From Octopus sinensis (lineage: Eukaryota), in assembly GCF_006345805.1 (NCBI RefSeq), contig NW_021833888.1:1-53514 (forward strand): DNA of 53,514 bases, given 5' to 3'. This document shows, piece after piece, positions 1-13,621 of the stretch. Made by a program: the position numbers and the translations under genes. The notes under the pieces are model-generated. The model saw nothing but the letters and a program-made list of their open reading frames with translations, was not told the origin of the DNA and did no database searches. Each line of letters begins with the position of its first letter. The first letter of the stretch is position 1.

Positions 1-450
1 ATATATGTATATATATACATATGTATGTATATATATATATGTATGTATATATGTACATATATATGTATGTATGTATGAGGGAAAAATATTTAGCTCATCT
101 AAATGCACAACCAAAAGAGCTGTTAATAGTTTGATACTAAAATGATACTTGACAGGTACATTTATATAATACTCAATTTATCTTAAAGCCATGTTTATGA
201 TACATGGCGTATTTCATAAGTAAACCTGTTCATGAAAAAAATTAGTAGCTCTTTTAGTTGTATATTAAAATTGCTATAAAAGTTATCTATTCTTGAGGGG
301 GTATAGAAAATTGGAGAAATAAGTTTCAACTGTGAATCTTCAAGCACGTAAATCTATATGTAAAAGCTTGTAGAATATTGAGCTAAGTAAGTACTTGTAA
401 TCATTCAATTACTTTTTAATGCAATAGTTTTTTCAGCCCAATATTCTGCA

Positions 451-492
<42 letters not shown>

Positions 493-658
493 TTGTGTGT
501 GCGTGTGTGTATGTGAGGGAGAGAGAGATAGAAAGGTCGAGATAGATATATACATACATATATACATATACATTTAATATATATGTATATATATATAACA
601 TACACTCACACACATTTAACATACATATGTACATACATATATATTTTATATTATTGTG

Positions 659-704
<46 letters not shown>

Positions 705-849
705 GAACTTAATATTGCTAAAATACGTTTGAAACATATTTCAACATCTACAGGGAAATCAACTGCAGTCATAGTGGAAAAAAAACTAAATTGCACAAAA
801 TTTATTGTTAAAAGTTTATGGTAGTCTCTGGTAATCTGAGAAACACTTT

Positions 850-1430
850 TCTACTATTTCTTGCAGCACAACTTTCGTAATGATGTATTTATAGTGATTA
901 AATGTATGTGCCGCACATTAACTCCCTCCATCATTTCGTCATTGCCTCAACAGGTGCGCGGTACACAACATATTAGGTGCACAAGTAATTACGGAACAAT
1001 GTGTGGTGAAATGTTTTGATAATGAACACAACATACCACTCAGTTCAGTACTTGAAATCGCGATCTAGCAATCATGATTTGAACAATCCAACAACTAGAC
1101 CCTGCACTCCTAAATTCAAGAATGAAATGAAATTATGTCCTCTGGAATCAAAGTCCAACAACCTCTGCATTTGCTTGTTCAAAATTGTTAACAGTACCTA
1201 AGTTTGGTCAAAAAATTTACAAACAGAAGTGAAAAATTGGCAAATTTTTATAAACAATATAAGTATTTCCATTTCTTGGTGTTGGGAGAGAAATGCAACT
1301 AACAGTGAATAAATTGAAAGCTAAAAGAATTGTCGGTAGAGCATTTGAGCCAACCTTTCTGAAATTGTTACATATTTTGAAAGTAATTACAACGGTGTTT
1401 CAATAGTCTCAGAGGAGTCTAAATTATCTT
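850..1430 (-). pseudogene. Possible degraded Cys-containing ectodomain fragment of an adhesion/Methuselah-like GPCR
   Basis: Manual minus-strand translation across frameshifts gives IVYKNLPIFHFC, QRLLDFDS and KHFTTHCSVITCAPNMLC, in the order I recall for such ectodomains (YKN..C / L.DF / C..I.C). There are many stops, so this is a weak inference. Confidence 0.25.
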
Positions 1431-1965
1431 ACCATAGTAAACAGTTATAAAACTCGTATTATTTAACTGAATGTGAAACTTAGATATATTTGGCGAATAT
1501 ACATAGACAGGTACACTTTTCCCTAAAGTGATAAAGTCAATTGAGTAGCACTAACATATTAGACTATGATTAATATGATGTTCGTATGTTCTAGTATTGA
1601 AATTATGTTCTAGTACTAAAAGTATATTCTAGTATTGAAATTAGTTTCGAAGTAAAGATTTAAGAGGATCTTCTACTTGTTTCAATGATTTGAGTGCAAC
1701 CATGTTGGGCACCCCTTCAAAGAGTTATGCTCGAGCAAATCGATCTCAGGACATTTTATTTAAGACTGTTACGTATTCTATCGCACTCCCATGTCGAACC
1801 GCTTGATTACGGGCACATAAACTCACCAGTTATCAAACAAGACAGACACACATAGAAACATATAAAGGCCTACATATATATTAAAATTTCAATAATAAAG
1901 GTAAAATATTGATATTAAATTGAGTAATATCCATTTAAACCAGTGGCTAAGCGTATACAGAGAAT

Positions 1966-1990
1966 CTGATGATTCAGAAAACATATGTTA
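1966..1990 (+). ncRNA. Minimal hammerhead-ribozyme-like motif
   Basis: CTGATGA-TTCA-GAAA-ACATATGT-TA: intact core, essentially no stem II, palindromic stem III. Stem I pairing is poor. Confidence 0.35.
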
Positions 1991-2320
1991 CATATATATA
2001 TAAGCGGGATAACTAACAGGTGGACATCCATTATGCTTGAGTTAGACCCCATATGGTCTGCCCAATAAGAAAAAAACTTTCTCAAGAAAATTCAGCAAAC
2101 GCCAGAACGTAAGCGAGCAAGATAAATGAAAATATACAAAATATAATGGTTAGTCATATACCATGTATCATTGCTGCCATTTACATCTTTGAATACGTAA
2201 ATTTCCGCAAATTATCAGTGCGACTTTCAGAGAAAAAATAATTTACAGAAATATACACGAGACGTCCACACGATACAGAACATGCATACTAATTTTTTTT
2301 ATATGTGGTCAGATCATATG

Positions 2321-2554
2321 TTCCTTCACGAGCCACGCCTGGTCCATCTCAGGTGAGCTGCTAGACGCAGGAGGAAAGAGTGAGGAAAAGCTGTGGCGAA
2401 AGATTCAGCAGAAGTTTGCCATTACCTTCTGCTGGAGCCGCGTGGAGTTTAGGTGTTTCACTCATAATCACACACACCGCCCGGTCTGAGATTCGAACCC
2501 GCGATTCCTCGACCGCGAATCCGCTGCTCTAACCACTATGCCATGTGTCTCCAC
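2321..2554 (-). mobile_element. tRNA-derived SINE (family D)
   Basis: Minus-strand head TGGCATAGTGG (A-box)...GGTTCGAATC (B-box). Perfect 12-bp TSD TCAGATCATATG at 2309-2320 and 2555-2566. Homologous to the copies at 28507 and 42670. Confidence 0.85.
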
Positions 2555-3469
2555 TCAGATCATATGGGGTGTACCTTTAGCATATTGGTTGTCCATCTAG
2601 CGGTCCTCCTTCTTATATGTATGTAATATAATTTTTTCTGAATCTTAAGATTATTTCTATACGCTAAGCCACTGGTGTAAATTGATATTAATCAAATTAA
2701 TATCAATTTTATACCCTTATTATTTAAATTTAAATAAACATGTTCTCTAACCGACAGGCTTCGATGCAGAAAATAATTTTCTGCAGAGTCCTTTCCGGGT
2801 TTGGCGCGCCAAAACGAAGAGATTCGAAATATACACCCAAATGTAATTGAGAGAATTGTATGCATGTTCTCTATCGAGTGGACGTCTCGTGTATAGTTAC
2901 GTAAATTATATTTTCTATGACGGTCACACTGATAATTTGCGGACATTTACGTATGTACTTAGGCAAAACAATTTAAATTTTTTAAAATGTGTTCCAAACT
3001 TTTGGACGCGACTGTAAATAACAAACTACGCCGATTCCTTTCTTGAGAAATTATATTTCTCAAAACTATAAATGACGACGCTGGGTAGAAAACTACTGAT
3101 ACAAAACAACAATGGGAATGTCGAAGCAGGTAAAGATTCAACAGATAGATATGCCTATACATATTTAGATATGAAACTATATGTGTGTGCACACATTCCG
3201 ATACAAAACGCACATATCGTCACATGAACTGACGCCAAATACTTGGACATATGAACAGATACAAGCACAGCGCCAGTGCTGGTGTCGTTGACATTTCAAA
3301 TATTGCAATGAAGGTGTCTTGGATTTGTTTCAGAAAGCAGCACTTCCTCTATTGGCTTGAAATCTAGAAACAAGATTAAACGATAGCATGCATGTGCAAA
3401 GAGACACTCGCTCAAAAATACACAAAGATATATATATATATATATACTTGAAAGTTATAGAAAAACGAA

Positions 3470-3560
3470 AGACAATCAGGAAAGTGAGAATGTCTTTTTT
3501 TGTTTCGAGCCTACGCTCTTCCACGGAAAGGAACATAGGGAATAAACAGAGAGAGAATAA
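3470..3560 (-). mobile_element. Repeat fragment with a degenerate hammerhead-like motif
   Basis: Minus strand reads CCGTGGA-AGAGC-GTAG-GCTC-GAAAC. Same family as 46386-46413 and related to 9752-9778. Confidence 0.5.
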
Positions 3561-3573
3561 ATATGTGTATACA

Positions 3574-3608
<35 letters not shown>

Positions 3609-4737
3609 GATATATATATATATATATATGTTGTGTGTGTGTGTGTGTGCATGTATAATAAATATATATTATGTGTGTGTGTTTTATATGCATACATATA
3701 GATATGTGATTGTTTGAGAATTGTGTATATATATGTATAGTAAACATTTCGTGTATGATTTTGTGTATACTCTTAAGCTGTAAATGAAATCAGTTATTTG
3801 AATCACCAGGAAAAACGGATTTGAATTACAGGAATTTGAAAAAATAAAACAATACTGTTGTTTATTAAGCTTTATTTTAATTAGAATATTCAAGCGGAAA
3901 TATACTGACAAATTATACTTGAAAATAATTAACATTTGGGCGCTAAATACAGCACGTGTTCTATAAGCTTTGGAGAGGAAAAGCAATTGGAAGTTAAGTG
4001 CTTGATTTAATATGGAAATCCAAAAAAAGAAAGCTTTGCAAATTAATTGCAAAATATTGCGAAAAACATGAAAATCTCATCCCTTTTGTGGCTTTGTAAA
4101 TTATCATGTAATCTAAACGAAATCAGAAGGTGTTAATTTTGTTGCAGCTTAACTCCTTTGTTTTTTCTTTTTTTCTATTTTTTTTTTGATTTTTTGGTTT
4201 TTTGAAGTAGAGAAAACATACCAGTCACAAACAGTGAACAAATTCGATTAGAAGTGAAATCGATACAAGATAATTCGATATAGTTTGCTGATAATTAAAG
4301 AAAAGGACTGTAATTGGAATAATCGTATTCATGCGCACCACTCACTCCCTGAAACTTGAATATATATACACACATATATGTGTTCGCATGTACATGCATA
4401 TACAAGAACAAAGCAAAAAACTGTGCACACAAGTACACCCACGACACATTCACAGCTCCCTATCTCTCCGTATCCACATCTATATCTATCTCTACCTAAC
4501 TGTCTCTTTACCCTCCATCTCCCGATTTCTCTCTATCTATCTATCTATCTATCTATATATATGTGTGTGTGTGTGTATGTGTGTGCGACTGTGTACAAAC
4601 GTAAATATATATATATATATATATACATATATATGTATGTATGTATGTCATATACATATAATCTATATAATATGTATAAAGATATATATATATATGTATG
4701 TATGTCATATACATATAATCTATATAATATGTATAAC

Positions 4738-4769
<32 letters not shown>

Positions 4770-4828
4770 TAAATATATATATATGTATATATATATGTGT
4801 GTGATATATATATATATATGTATATCTA

Positions 4829-4869
<41 letters not shown>

Positions 4870-4925
4870 TGTGTGTGTGTGTGTGTATATAATAATGTGG
4901 TGTATATATATATGTATATATATAT

Positions 4926-4968
<43 letters not shown>

Positions 4969-5521
4969 TATGTATGTATGTGTTACATTCAATACGTTCG
5001 AAAAATAACAGAAGAAAGAAAAGAACGAAATCCATTTCCATTTTCCTTGTCAGTTATCATCCAAAAATGTCATTACATTGTCATACCTTTAACGATATTA
5101 TTCTTCATTTTTTTTTTGCTGGCGTCAACAGCGAATAGCTGCTGGGAATATTGTAAATATACAAACAGGATGAAGACCGTGGGATTTATACACACGTCTT
5201 GTCTTGATACTAGAGAACACGTGTCTATAAGTAACGCATCCTCTATTTTCTAACTTGATTTCGTTTTTTCATCACTCGCTATATCCTTCATAGTTCCATT
5301 TTCCATAGCGTTACTTATACACACGATTTGTCTCACTGCTCATGGATTTTATTTTGCTTGTATAGCAGATAATCTATTTTGTTTGTATATTTTGTATTTT
5401 TTTCTCATACCTGCGTCGTATTTGTCTTCGTTTATGACACTGGCACGGATCAATGTTGGCACAGTATTCCTTAAAAATGTGCAATGGCAATGATTTTTTT
5501 GAACGGTAACTGATGATTAGA

Positions 5522-5753
5522 AGGCGGCGAGCTGGCAGAATCGTTAGCACGCCGGGCTAAATGCTTAGCTGTATTTCGTGTGCTGCTACGTTCCGAGTTC
5601 AAATTCCGCCGAGGTCGACTTTGCCTTTCATCCTTTAGGGGTCGATTAAATAAGTAACAGTTACGCACTGGGGTCGATATAATCGACTTAATCCCTTTGT
5701 CTGTCCTTGTTTGTCCCCTCTGTGTTTAGCCCCTTGTGGGTAGTAAAGAAATA
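5522..5753 (+). mobile_element. tRNA-derived SINE family A (MetaSINE-like core)
   Basis: Head GGCGGCGAGCTGGCAGAA...GAGTTCAAATTCC; core GCCTTTCATCCTTT..GGGGTCGA..TAAGTA. 15-bp TSD GGTAACTGATGATTA at 5505-5519 and 5754-5768. Confidence 0.9.
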
Positions 5754-5952
5754 GGTAACTGATGATTAAAAAGAATATCCATGCCAAGTGCGTAAATTTT
5801 CCTTTCGTTCCTATTCGTTCTTTGGCGTATTGTTTGAATCGTATCATTTAATGTAACGCCGCGCACCTATCTTCTCCTAATTAACCTATGTGTGTGTATG
5901 TGTGTATCAAATGAGACAAAGAAAATATGGTAATTACCAGCGTGTTTTATTA

Positions 5953-6000
5953 ATCATACGATCGTTTCGACCTATCATGCATTGGTCCCTCGTGAGTGAG
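5953..6000 (-). ncRNA. Minimal type I hammerhead-like motif (one core mismatch)
   Basis: Minus strand: TCA-CTCACGA-GG-GACC-(11 nt)-GGTC-GAAAC-GATC-GTA-TGA. Stem I TCA/TGA, stem II GACC/GGTC, palindromic stem III ACGATCGT. Confidence 0.55.
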
Positions 6001-6271
6001 ATCCTGACTAATTGGCTGTGTCGTATTTTTCGGTACAGATGTGTCTTGCCGAGTGAATTTTCAAAACATACTTTCTTTATTAAACCCGATTTCGTTTACT
6101 TCGATTACAATACATTTCGTTATTTGCCTGTGGTTACATACAGGGTACGTCATGGTTTAGAATTAGTTTGAACTGTACTTAATTTACAAACAGATGTAGG
6201 AGAATATCGAAACGTATTATTATCGAATTAGGGAAACCGTGATTATTGAGCCTTTAGGTACATTTTGAAAA

Positions 6272-6325
6272 GACATCTGTCGATAGCCATATGTATCAAG
6301 ATGGGTCGAAACGATCGTTGTCATT
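6272..6325 (+). ncRNA. Degenerate hammerhead-like motif, inverted relative to 5953-6000
   Basis: GACAT-CTGTCGA-TAGCCAT...ATGGGTC-GAAAC-GATC-GTT-GTC. Shares GGTCGAAACGATCGT and a downstream ATTAATAAA with the 5953 copy. Confidence 0.45.
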
Positions 6326-6940
6326 AATAAAGTATCACATGATTTCCATTTCCCGTATATCTCATCTGTTTAAACTCAACGTACGCGAAGGAATTCCTAA
6401 ACAGAATCCAGTGGCATAGAAACTCACACTCAGTGAAAAACTTGTAGTCACAACTGGGTGTATAACTAAGTTTAAAATAATTACACACACATAGATCGGT
6501 GCATAGATTGTGCTGCGGTTTGTATTTTTTCCTAGTCTCCATAGATACCTAGAAAATCGATTAAAACTTTTTCTAATGGAATTCCCCTGCTTGTTCCGCC
6601 ATTACAACAACTGGTTGCTCACACAGGGAAATACAGGATAACAATCAGCCCAAACTTTCGCTATGCTGCCTTTCTTTTTTCACCTCTTTGTGAGGTTAAT
6701 AATCTTAATCTTTAGTTACAGTTTCTCATTAAAACTACATAATAGGCAGAATTGTTGGATTAAGATAGTAGGATGTTTTGAGGAAGATTTGGCTGCTATT
6801 TCTACCAGGACTAGCTACCATGTAGAGGTGTGAAATAAATCTTCATTCACATATTTGCATTTCAAAAATGTAACGTAGGCTTTTCCATAAATCAACTATC
6901 GTAAAACATTTATACGATGACCTCACATGTACACACACAC

Positions 6941-6987
<47 letters not shown>

Positions 6988-7459
6988 ACACAAGTACCCA
7001 CATACATACTCACATTCACACCCAAACACGTTTCGTAAACAGAGCCTTGGATTTGGTTGTTAAATTATTACGTTAAGTCAACTTACACGTTTACACGTCT
7101 TTCAGTAAAGTTTATAGCCGAGTTAGTTAAAATAGCCAAGATATAATTCTTTGCTTAACACATTTTCAAAAATTCCTACGGACTATATCACGCTAACCCG
7201 CCATAATACATCAACAGTCTTTACATGTAACGACATAATTTATGGATTTAAAAAATGGCTCTCTAGTTTTCGTTTCTCTATTTGTGCTGTATGGTCAATG
7301 TGTGTGGACCAAGGAGCGGTATTTTGCATTATAATGCATTGCTTTATTTTACTGTATTCTCTTTTGATATCGAAGAGTAATCATGGAATTCTAAATATCA
7401 GTTATATGTTATAGTATCACACAATACCAATGAAATGATAGATAGATAGTTATTTTAGT

Positions 7460-7500
<41 letters not shown>

Positions 7501-7511
7501 GGATAGAGATG

Positions 7512-7575
<64 letters not shown>
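7460..7575. repeat. (GATA)n microsatellite
   Basis: Direct reading of the sequence. Confidence 0.95.
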
Positions 7576-8653
7576 CTTACCTACCTACCTACATACATAA
7601 TACACACATACATACACACACACACACATACATACATACATACACACATACATATATATATACATACATATGCACAGAAAGCTAAAACACTTGGCATATC
7701 CAATCTTTTATTGACACAGCTAAGATTGTATGTATGTATGTTTGTTTGTTTGTTTTGTCTCGTAAAAGTTTCAAAAAGAGGTGAGTGAATGTAGCAAAGA
7801 TGGTGCGTGCGAGTGACGAAACCACTTTGAGCATGATCCTGTAAATCGTTAAAGAGAGAGAGAGAGAGAGCACTTTGCTCTCATGTGTTCATTTCCTCCC
7901 TGTTTGAGGTTACCGTGGTCTTTTCTGTAGACTTTTCTTTCCTTTTTTATTCTTTTTCTTTTCCATCTTTTTTTCCTTTTTCTTTTCCATCTTCGAAAAG
8001 AAAAGCTCTACATTTGTATATGTCCCGTCTGTGTCCAGCCCTCTGTGGCCAATAAAGAAACTTATATACATGTGTCTATACTGTGTACAATGTATACACA
8101 TTATTTTAGTAAGAAATAGTTACCACAGAAATGCATTATTGTGCAAACATTATAATTGAAGTTATATTTAATGGTTATGGTAATTGATGTTAATGTAATT
8201 ACAATTATATGAGTTTTATGTCGGTGGACGAAGAAGACTATTCACATTCTAAGTGATAATCACGAGCATTGTTCTAATAAACTGGAAGGTGTTACATTCG
8301 AAACTAATATTACACATTGAAATATGACGCAAAATTATGTTAGGTGTTAATCAATAACAGTATGTAATAATTTAAAGAAAAGCTATTAAAATTTTGAGTC
8401 AATAATGTTCTAATATACATGCCATTATCAGAGCTATTCTAAATGCATTACGACAATCGCAAATTGTTGACAATTAGATGAATATATTTCTTCAAATTAT
8501 TGCGAATTTTTGAATACCAATTTACTCGTCTTAACTGATAATTGTTTGTGATACGAAGGGACGTGACAAATGTTTGAAACGGGTTCAGACACTGGTGTAG
8601 AAGTAGTGAGAAGTGGAAAGATATGGATAGAATATATTCAAAGGTGGTATCCT

Positions 8654-8885
8654 GCAGCGAGCTGGCAGAAACGCTAGCAAGCCGAGCGAAATGCTTAACG
8701 GTATTTCGTCTGCAGTTGCGTTCTGAGTTCAAATTCCGCCGAGGTCGACTTTGCCTTTCATTATTTCGGGGTCGATAAATTAAGTATCAGTTAATGCACT
8801 GGGGTCGATGTAATCGACTTAATCCGTTTGTCTGTTCTTGCTTGCCCCCCTCTGTGTGTAGCCCCTTGTGGGTAGTAAAGAAATA
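8654..8885 (+). mobile_element. SINE family A
   Basis: Full-length match to the 5522 copy. TSD GGTATCCT at 8646-8653 and 8886-8893. Confidence 0.9.
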
Positions 8886-9014
8886 GGTATCCTAGATGCT
8901 GCACCTTACAGCATATTGTTGGCGTGTTAGGGAGTTATGAGTGAAATACTTAAGTTCACGAAAATGGTGTAACAATTGGTAAGCATAATTTTGATTATAA
9001 GTTCATAGAAATAG

Positions 9015-9231
9015 TGGTTTCAAATTCTGGTGCAACGCCAAAAAATTCGGGTGAATGGGTAGATCGATTACATCGACTGCAGTTCTCAAGAGTTTCCTTT
9101 TTGTATCGACGGCTGAAAGCTGAAATGTAAAGTCGACCTCGGCCAAACTGGAACTCAGAACGTACAGACAGACGAAATGCCACTAAACATTTTGCGCAGG
9201 TTTCATACGATTCTGCTAGCTTGCCTCCTTC
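9015..9231 (-). mobile_element. Diverged SINE family A copy
   Basis: Reverse complement of the family A head and core (gtcgacctcggc..aactcagaacgta..gacgaaatgcc). Confidence 0.75.
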
Positions 9232-9267
9232 ATTATTAGAAATATTGAAATATATGTGATAACGGTT

Positions 9268-9565
9268 AAAGTCCACTTTCGGCCATCAAGGCCATGGTAT
9301 TGTACTCAGAAAGTTACCCTCCAAGACACAAGTCCAGGCAAGTTGTTTGTTTATAGAAGACCAGCAGTCACCCATGCATATAAGCCTCCCCGCTCGATCT
9401 CACCAATGTTACCCTAGGGAAATATAATGCTGATACAGCTTTGCTCCAGTGACATCGCAACTCATTTCTACAACTGATTGAACTGGAGCAAAGAGAAATT
9501 ATCTTGCTCAAGAACACACCACACAGAACGGTACGGGAATCAAACGCACTATCTTATGATTGTGA
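9268..9565 (-). mobile_element. SINE family C, diverged and 5'-truncated
   Basis: Collinear with 13277-13621 (agaaagttaccctcc..gacacaagtcc..tcgcaactcatttcta..cttgctcaagaacac). Confidence 0.8.
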
Positions 9566-9598
9566 TATATATATATATATATATATATATTTACATAT

Positions 9599-9630
<32 letters not shown>

Positions 9631-9647
9631 ATATATATTATATATAT

Positions 9648-9857
9648 AGTTAATCCAAACAAGAAAACACAAAAAAAACACAACAACGCGAGGACGTGGA
9701 ACAAATATAGTATTATTGGACGCTCAGGAAAGAAGGGAGGAAGGAGGGTTCAACGTTTCGAGCGGAGCTCTTCGTTGGAAACATAGGAGAAGGAAAGATC
9801 CAGAGAAGGGAAGACAGAGGAAAAAAATCGCCAACGGTACACACGAGATCACATTAC
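9648..9857 (-). mobile_element. Hammerhead-bearing repeat abutting (TA)n (Penelope/retrozyme-like)
   Basis: Minus strand 9778-9752 reads CCAACGA-AGAGC-TCC-GCTC-GAAAC-GTT. A truncated opposite-strand copy lies at 15141-15220, also next to (TA)n. Confidence 0.6.
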
Positions 9858-9916
9858 ATATATACACACACTCCACCCACACATATATTTGCATCTATAT
9901 TCTTTCCTCTCACACC

Positions 9917-9968
9917 GTCTCCGATGAAGGGATATTATTAATAAATACTCTAGAATCAGCTGTAAGAC
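9917..9968 (+). ncRNA. Degenerate minimal hammerhead-like motif
   Basis: GTCT-CCGATGA-AGGG...CTCTA-GAATC-AGCT-GTA-AGAC. Stem I GTCT/AGAC, palindromic stem III CAGCTG, two core mismatches. Confidence 0.5.
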
Positions 9969-10120
9969 CTTCTATCTATAAATGCTCTAATATCTATACA
10001 GCCTTGGGATTTTTATCTTATTACGCCAAAAATTCTTATATACACACGCTGACATAGAACCAACGTTGAACCCTTTATTCGCATTATTACCGAATCGGGA
10101 ACTTAACTATGGTCTATCTA

Positions 10121-10166
<46 letters not shown>

Positions 10167-10792
10167 ATATATAATATATATATATATATATCGGAATACA
10201 CGTAAAGCTATAAATAATAGCACGTAAAAATATTGTGATGAAAAACCTTTGTTCTTCCATTCCCTTGAACACGATCAGAACGGGTGTGTGTTGTCCGTGT
10301 TTCACAGTTATATCTACAATGAGTACATCTTGCTGTTGCTCATTATTACAGAGTCTAGCAACAACTGACACATGTTTCCATACCCTCATGAAACCTTATA
10401 TCGTGTGTGTGACTTTTCTCGAGTAAAGCCACACATAGTAATGGACATATAATACGAATGTTAGCAGGGGTATTTTGCTTAATCCCGGTTAAGGGGATAT
10501 TTTGTTTTATCAGCTTCGTCTTTAACTTTTGTTTTGTCTGCGTAGTGTTTAATTCATGCATACATATATACATAAATACATATATGCATAATTACTTACA
10601 TACATACGCACCTACACATACAAACATGCATGCATACATACATACATTTATGCATATATACAAACAAAAACAACTTCTTGGTGTTGAAATTCCAGTTAAT
10701 GAGCCTTGAATCTAGGTTAGAAACCGTCACTTTCTTTATTGGCAAGAAATCTTGAAATAAAACTGAATAATGACATACATACATAGCTACAA

Positions 10793-10879
<87 letters not shown>

Positions 10880-10941
10880 AAAGTACATCAGAACACCACG
10901 ACAATATGATAATGTTAAATAATTAAACACACACATTCACG

Positions 10942-10980
<39 letters not shown>

Positions 10981-11791
10981 TATATATATATATATACACA
11001 TACACACACACGGACACATACACACACACATATATATGGTAGGGAGAGAGATGGTTGAGGACAGAAAATAGGTATTATCACTGTATGCAATGCGTGTATG
11101 TAAGGGGCATTGCGATGGCCATACATACATACAAACCTTAAATCGCTTCGGGGAAATTCTCGCGTGAGCGCAAAATGATAAATCGTTATGAGAATTTTTC
11201 ACGAGCGAAAGATAAATGAACAATATAAAAATGAAATAAGAATTAAAATTAAATAAAACAAAATAAAAACTAAATTCAAAGGAGATTAAAAAAGAAGTAA
11301 ATAAATACCAGAATAGAAAACTAAATAAATAAATATATAAATAAATACATAAAAGAATCAATACGGAAATGCAGCAAAATGTTATCTCATCCAAACATAC
11401 ATGGAGAAATTATCCCTTGATAAAAATAAAGTCGATTTTCTAAAATGCAATGGTTTCTTTCTTAATATAAAGTTCGTGTTTAAGAGTTTCTCACAGATTA
11501 AATTCTGATTAAAATCCAAAGTGTATTATTTTATTATGTACATATTTTTCTTCTAGGAAACACATGAATAAATTCTTAATATTCGACAAAAATCATATGT
11601 TTGAGCAAACATATATATATATATATAATATATACATATATATAATATATGTATATATATATGTACATAAATATATATATATCTATATATATATATATAT
11701 GTATATATTATATATATATATATATATTATATATATATATATATATACATATATATATACACACATATATATATATAATTATGTGTGTATA

Positions 11792-11826
<35 letters not shown>

Positions 11827-11886
11827 ATATATATATATACACATATATATACATATATATATATACACACATATATATATATATAT

Positions 11887-11935
<49 letters not shown>

Positions 11936-12922
11936 CATATATACAATGTTGTTTTCTTATTTTATTTTACTATCGATCGTCCTTTTGTTTACTGATAATT
12001 ACATTTTCCTCTGTATGTTTACGTTTTCATTTTTTAAACAAAGAAAACGGTCCTGATATACAAAGAGTGTTCTGATGTGAGGGGGGGGGTGTAAAATTTA
12101 GAGGAAAACCGGGGGCGAGTTCGATCCAATATGTTCGGGAGGGCATCTCTTACTATTGACTTCTATCCTAAAGCTTCACAAGTATATATCCATGTACATA
12201 TTTATTTATCCAAGCAAGTATCACATTCTGTCTTATTTCGATTCCTAATATGTGTATAGTTAGTCCATTGTCTGTATAATTTTGTTGTTTTTTGTTGCTA
12301 CTCTTTTATTTATTCTTTTTTATACATAGAATCGATTAAATCTAGAAAATTGATTCCCAAAATAATGCTGACCTGCATTCATTTAATTCGTTCCGAACAT
12401 TTTAGACGGAAGTAGTTCGAAGTTTTATTATACTATGTTCTATATACGAGGGTAGGTTAGAAAGTAATTCAATATTTATGACTCACCTTTGTATAAATTT
12501 AATGCAAATAAAAATTACATTATCTATTGAATTTACATAGCGCACTAAATGTGTTACAGTGGAGAAGCCAACTATAATTGTCAGTAACAAATATTAAGTA
12601 AAAATTAAATAATATCATATTACTTTTTTCTAGTTTCATATCACTCACGGTAACCCGTTGCTTTAAGGCAAACACCCAACTCTATTACTTTAGAATAATA
12701 TTATCGCTAAAACTCAGCCAAAGCATGGTGCACCATAAAGTAAATGACAAACACACAAACTCACCAACATTTAAACACGTATTATATTTGTTAAGGCTTA
12801 GTTGATTCAGTTATTGGACTGGGAACAACAAGTCGATCATAATAATTGTCTTCAGTTTTTAAGTTTCGTTCTTATGCTAGTGGGCCACTTTTGCGCAACC
12901 GCTAGATAGTGAAAGTGAGTAA

Positions 12923-13075
12923 TTGTTTAGGTCATTGCTTCGAATCGAACTCGGAATCTTGGGGTTAGTAACCCGCGCTCTGAACCCGTGGCATATGGTG
13001 TAGTGGTTAAGAGCGCGGGCTACTAACCCCAAGATTTCGAAATCGATTCCAAGCAGTGACCTGAACAATAACAAC

Positions 13076-13118
<43 letters not shown>

Positions 13119-13194
13119 TTAATAATAATAATAATATTATTATTATTATTAATAATAATAATAATAATAATATATAATAATAATAATAATAATA

Positions 13195-13228
<34 letters not shown>

Positions 13229-13230
13229 CC
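12923..13230. mobile_element. Head-to-head inverted pair of tRNA-like heads followed by (AAT)n
   Basis: Plus copy 12988-13066 has A-box TGGTGTAGTGG, anticodon-like arm GCGGG-CTACTAA-CCCCA, then GTGACCTG(AAC/AAT)n. 12923-12986 is its reverse complement, with an intact B-box GAGTTCGATTC. Confidence 0.7.
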
Positions 13231-13276
13231 CCGTTGTGGGCCATAAAGAAATAACAATATGACTTCTGTTGTTAGT

Positions 13277-13621
13277 AAAAGGGTAAAGACCCCCTTCGGT
13301 CATGAATGACCATGGGATTGCACCTAGAAAGTTACCCTCCTAGACACAAGTCCGGGCAAGGTTGTTTATGGAAGACCAACAGTCGCCCATGCATACCAAC
13401 CTCCCCTCTCCACGCCACCAGTGTTATCCAAGGGAAACACAAAGGTCGATACAGCTTGGCACCAGTGACGTCGCAACTCATTTCTACAGCTGAGTGAACT
13501 GGAGCAACGTGAAATAAAGTGCCTTGCTCAAGAACACAACACGCAGCCCGGTCCGGGATTCGAGCTCACAACCTCACGATCGTAAGCTCGATGCTCTAAC
13601 CCCTGAGCCATGCGCCTTCAC
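13277..13621 (-). mobile_element. Full-length tRNA-derived SINE family C
   Basis: Minus-strand head GTGAAGGCGCATGGCTCAGGGGTTAGAGC...GAGCTCGAATCCC. TSD CTGTTGTTAGT at 13266-13276 and 13626-13636. Confidence 0.88.

Larger units (their letters stand above)
1875..2955. mobile_element. Two oppositely oriented, permuted fragments of one repeat (Penelope pLTR/retrozyme-like)
   Basis: About 1880-2065 is a diverged reverse complement of 2303-2735 (ccagtggctaagcgtata / tatacgctaagccactgg). About 2185-2290 is a diverged reverse complement of 2858-2955 (cacgagacgtccac / gtggacgtctcgtg). The family assignment is inference. Confidence 0.55.

Noticed and set aside
4331-5253. Longest ORFs (291 aa, 157 aa) and the many other YI/CV/HT-rich ORFs
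   Set aside because: They are translations of (TA)n, (TG)n and (CA)n microsatellites, which lack stop codons by construction.
5471-5847. Recurrent peptides such as KDERQSRPRRNLNSER in several ORFs, suggesting a gene family
   Set aside because: They are antisense translations of SINE family A copies.
12445-12640. Mariner-like TIR start TACGAGGGTAGGTTAGAAAGT
   Set aside because: No matching second TIR or transposase remnant was found by eye.
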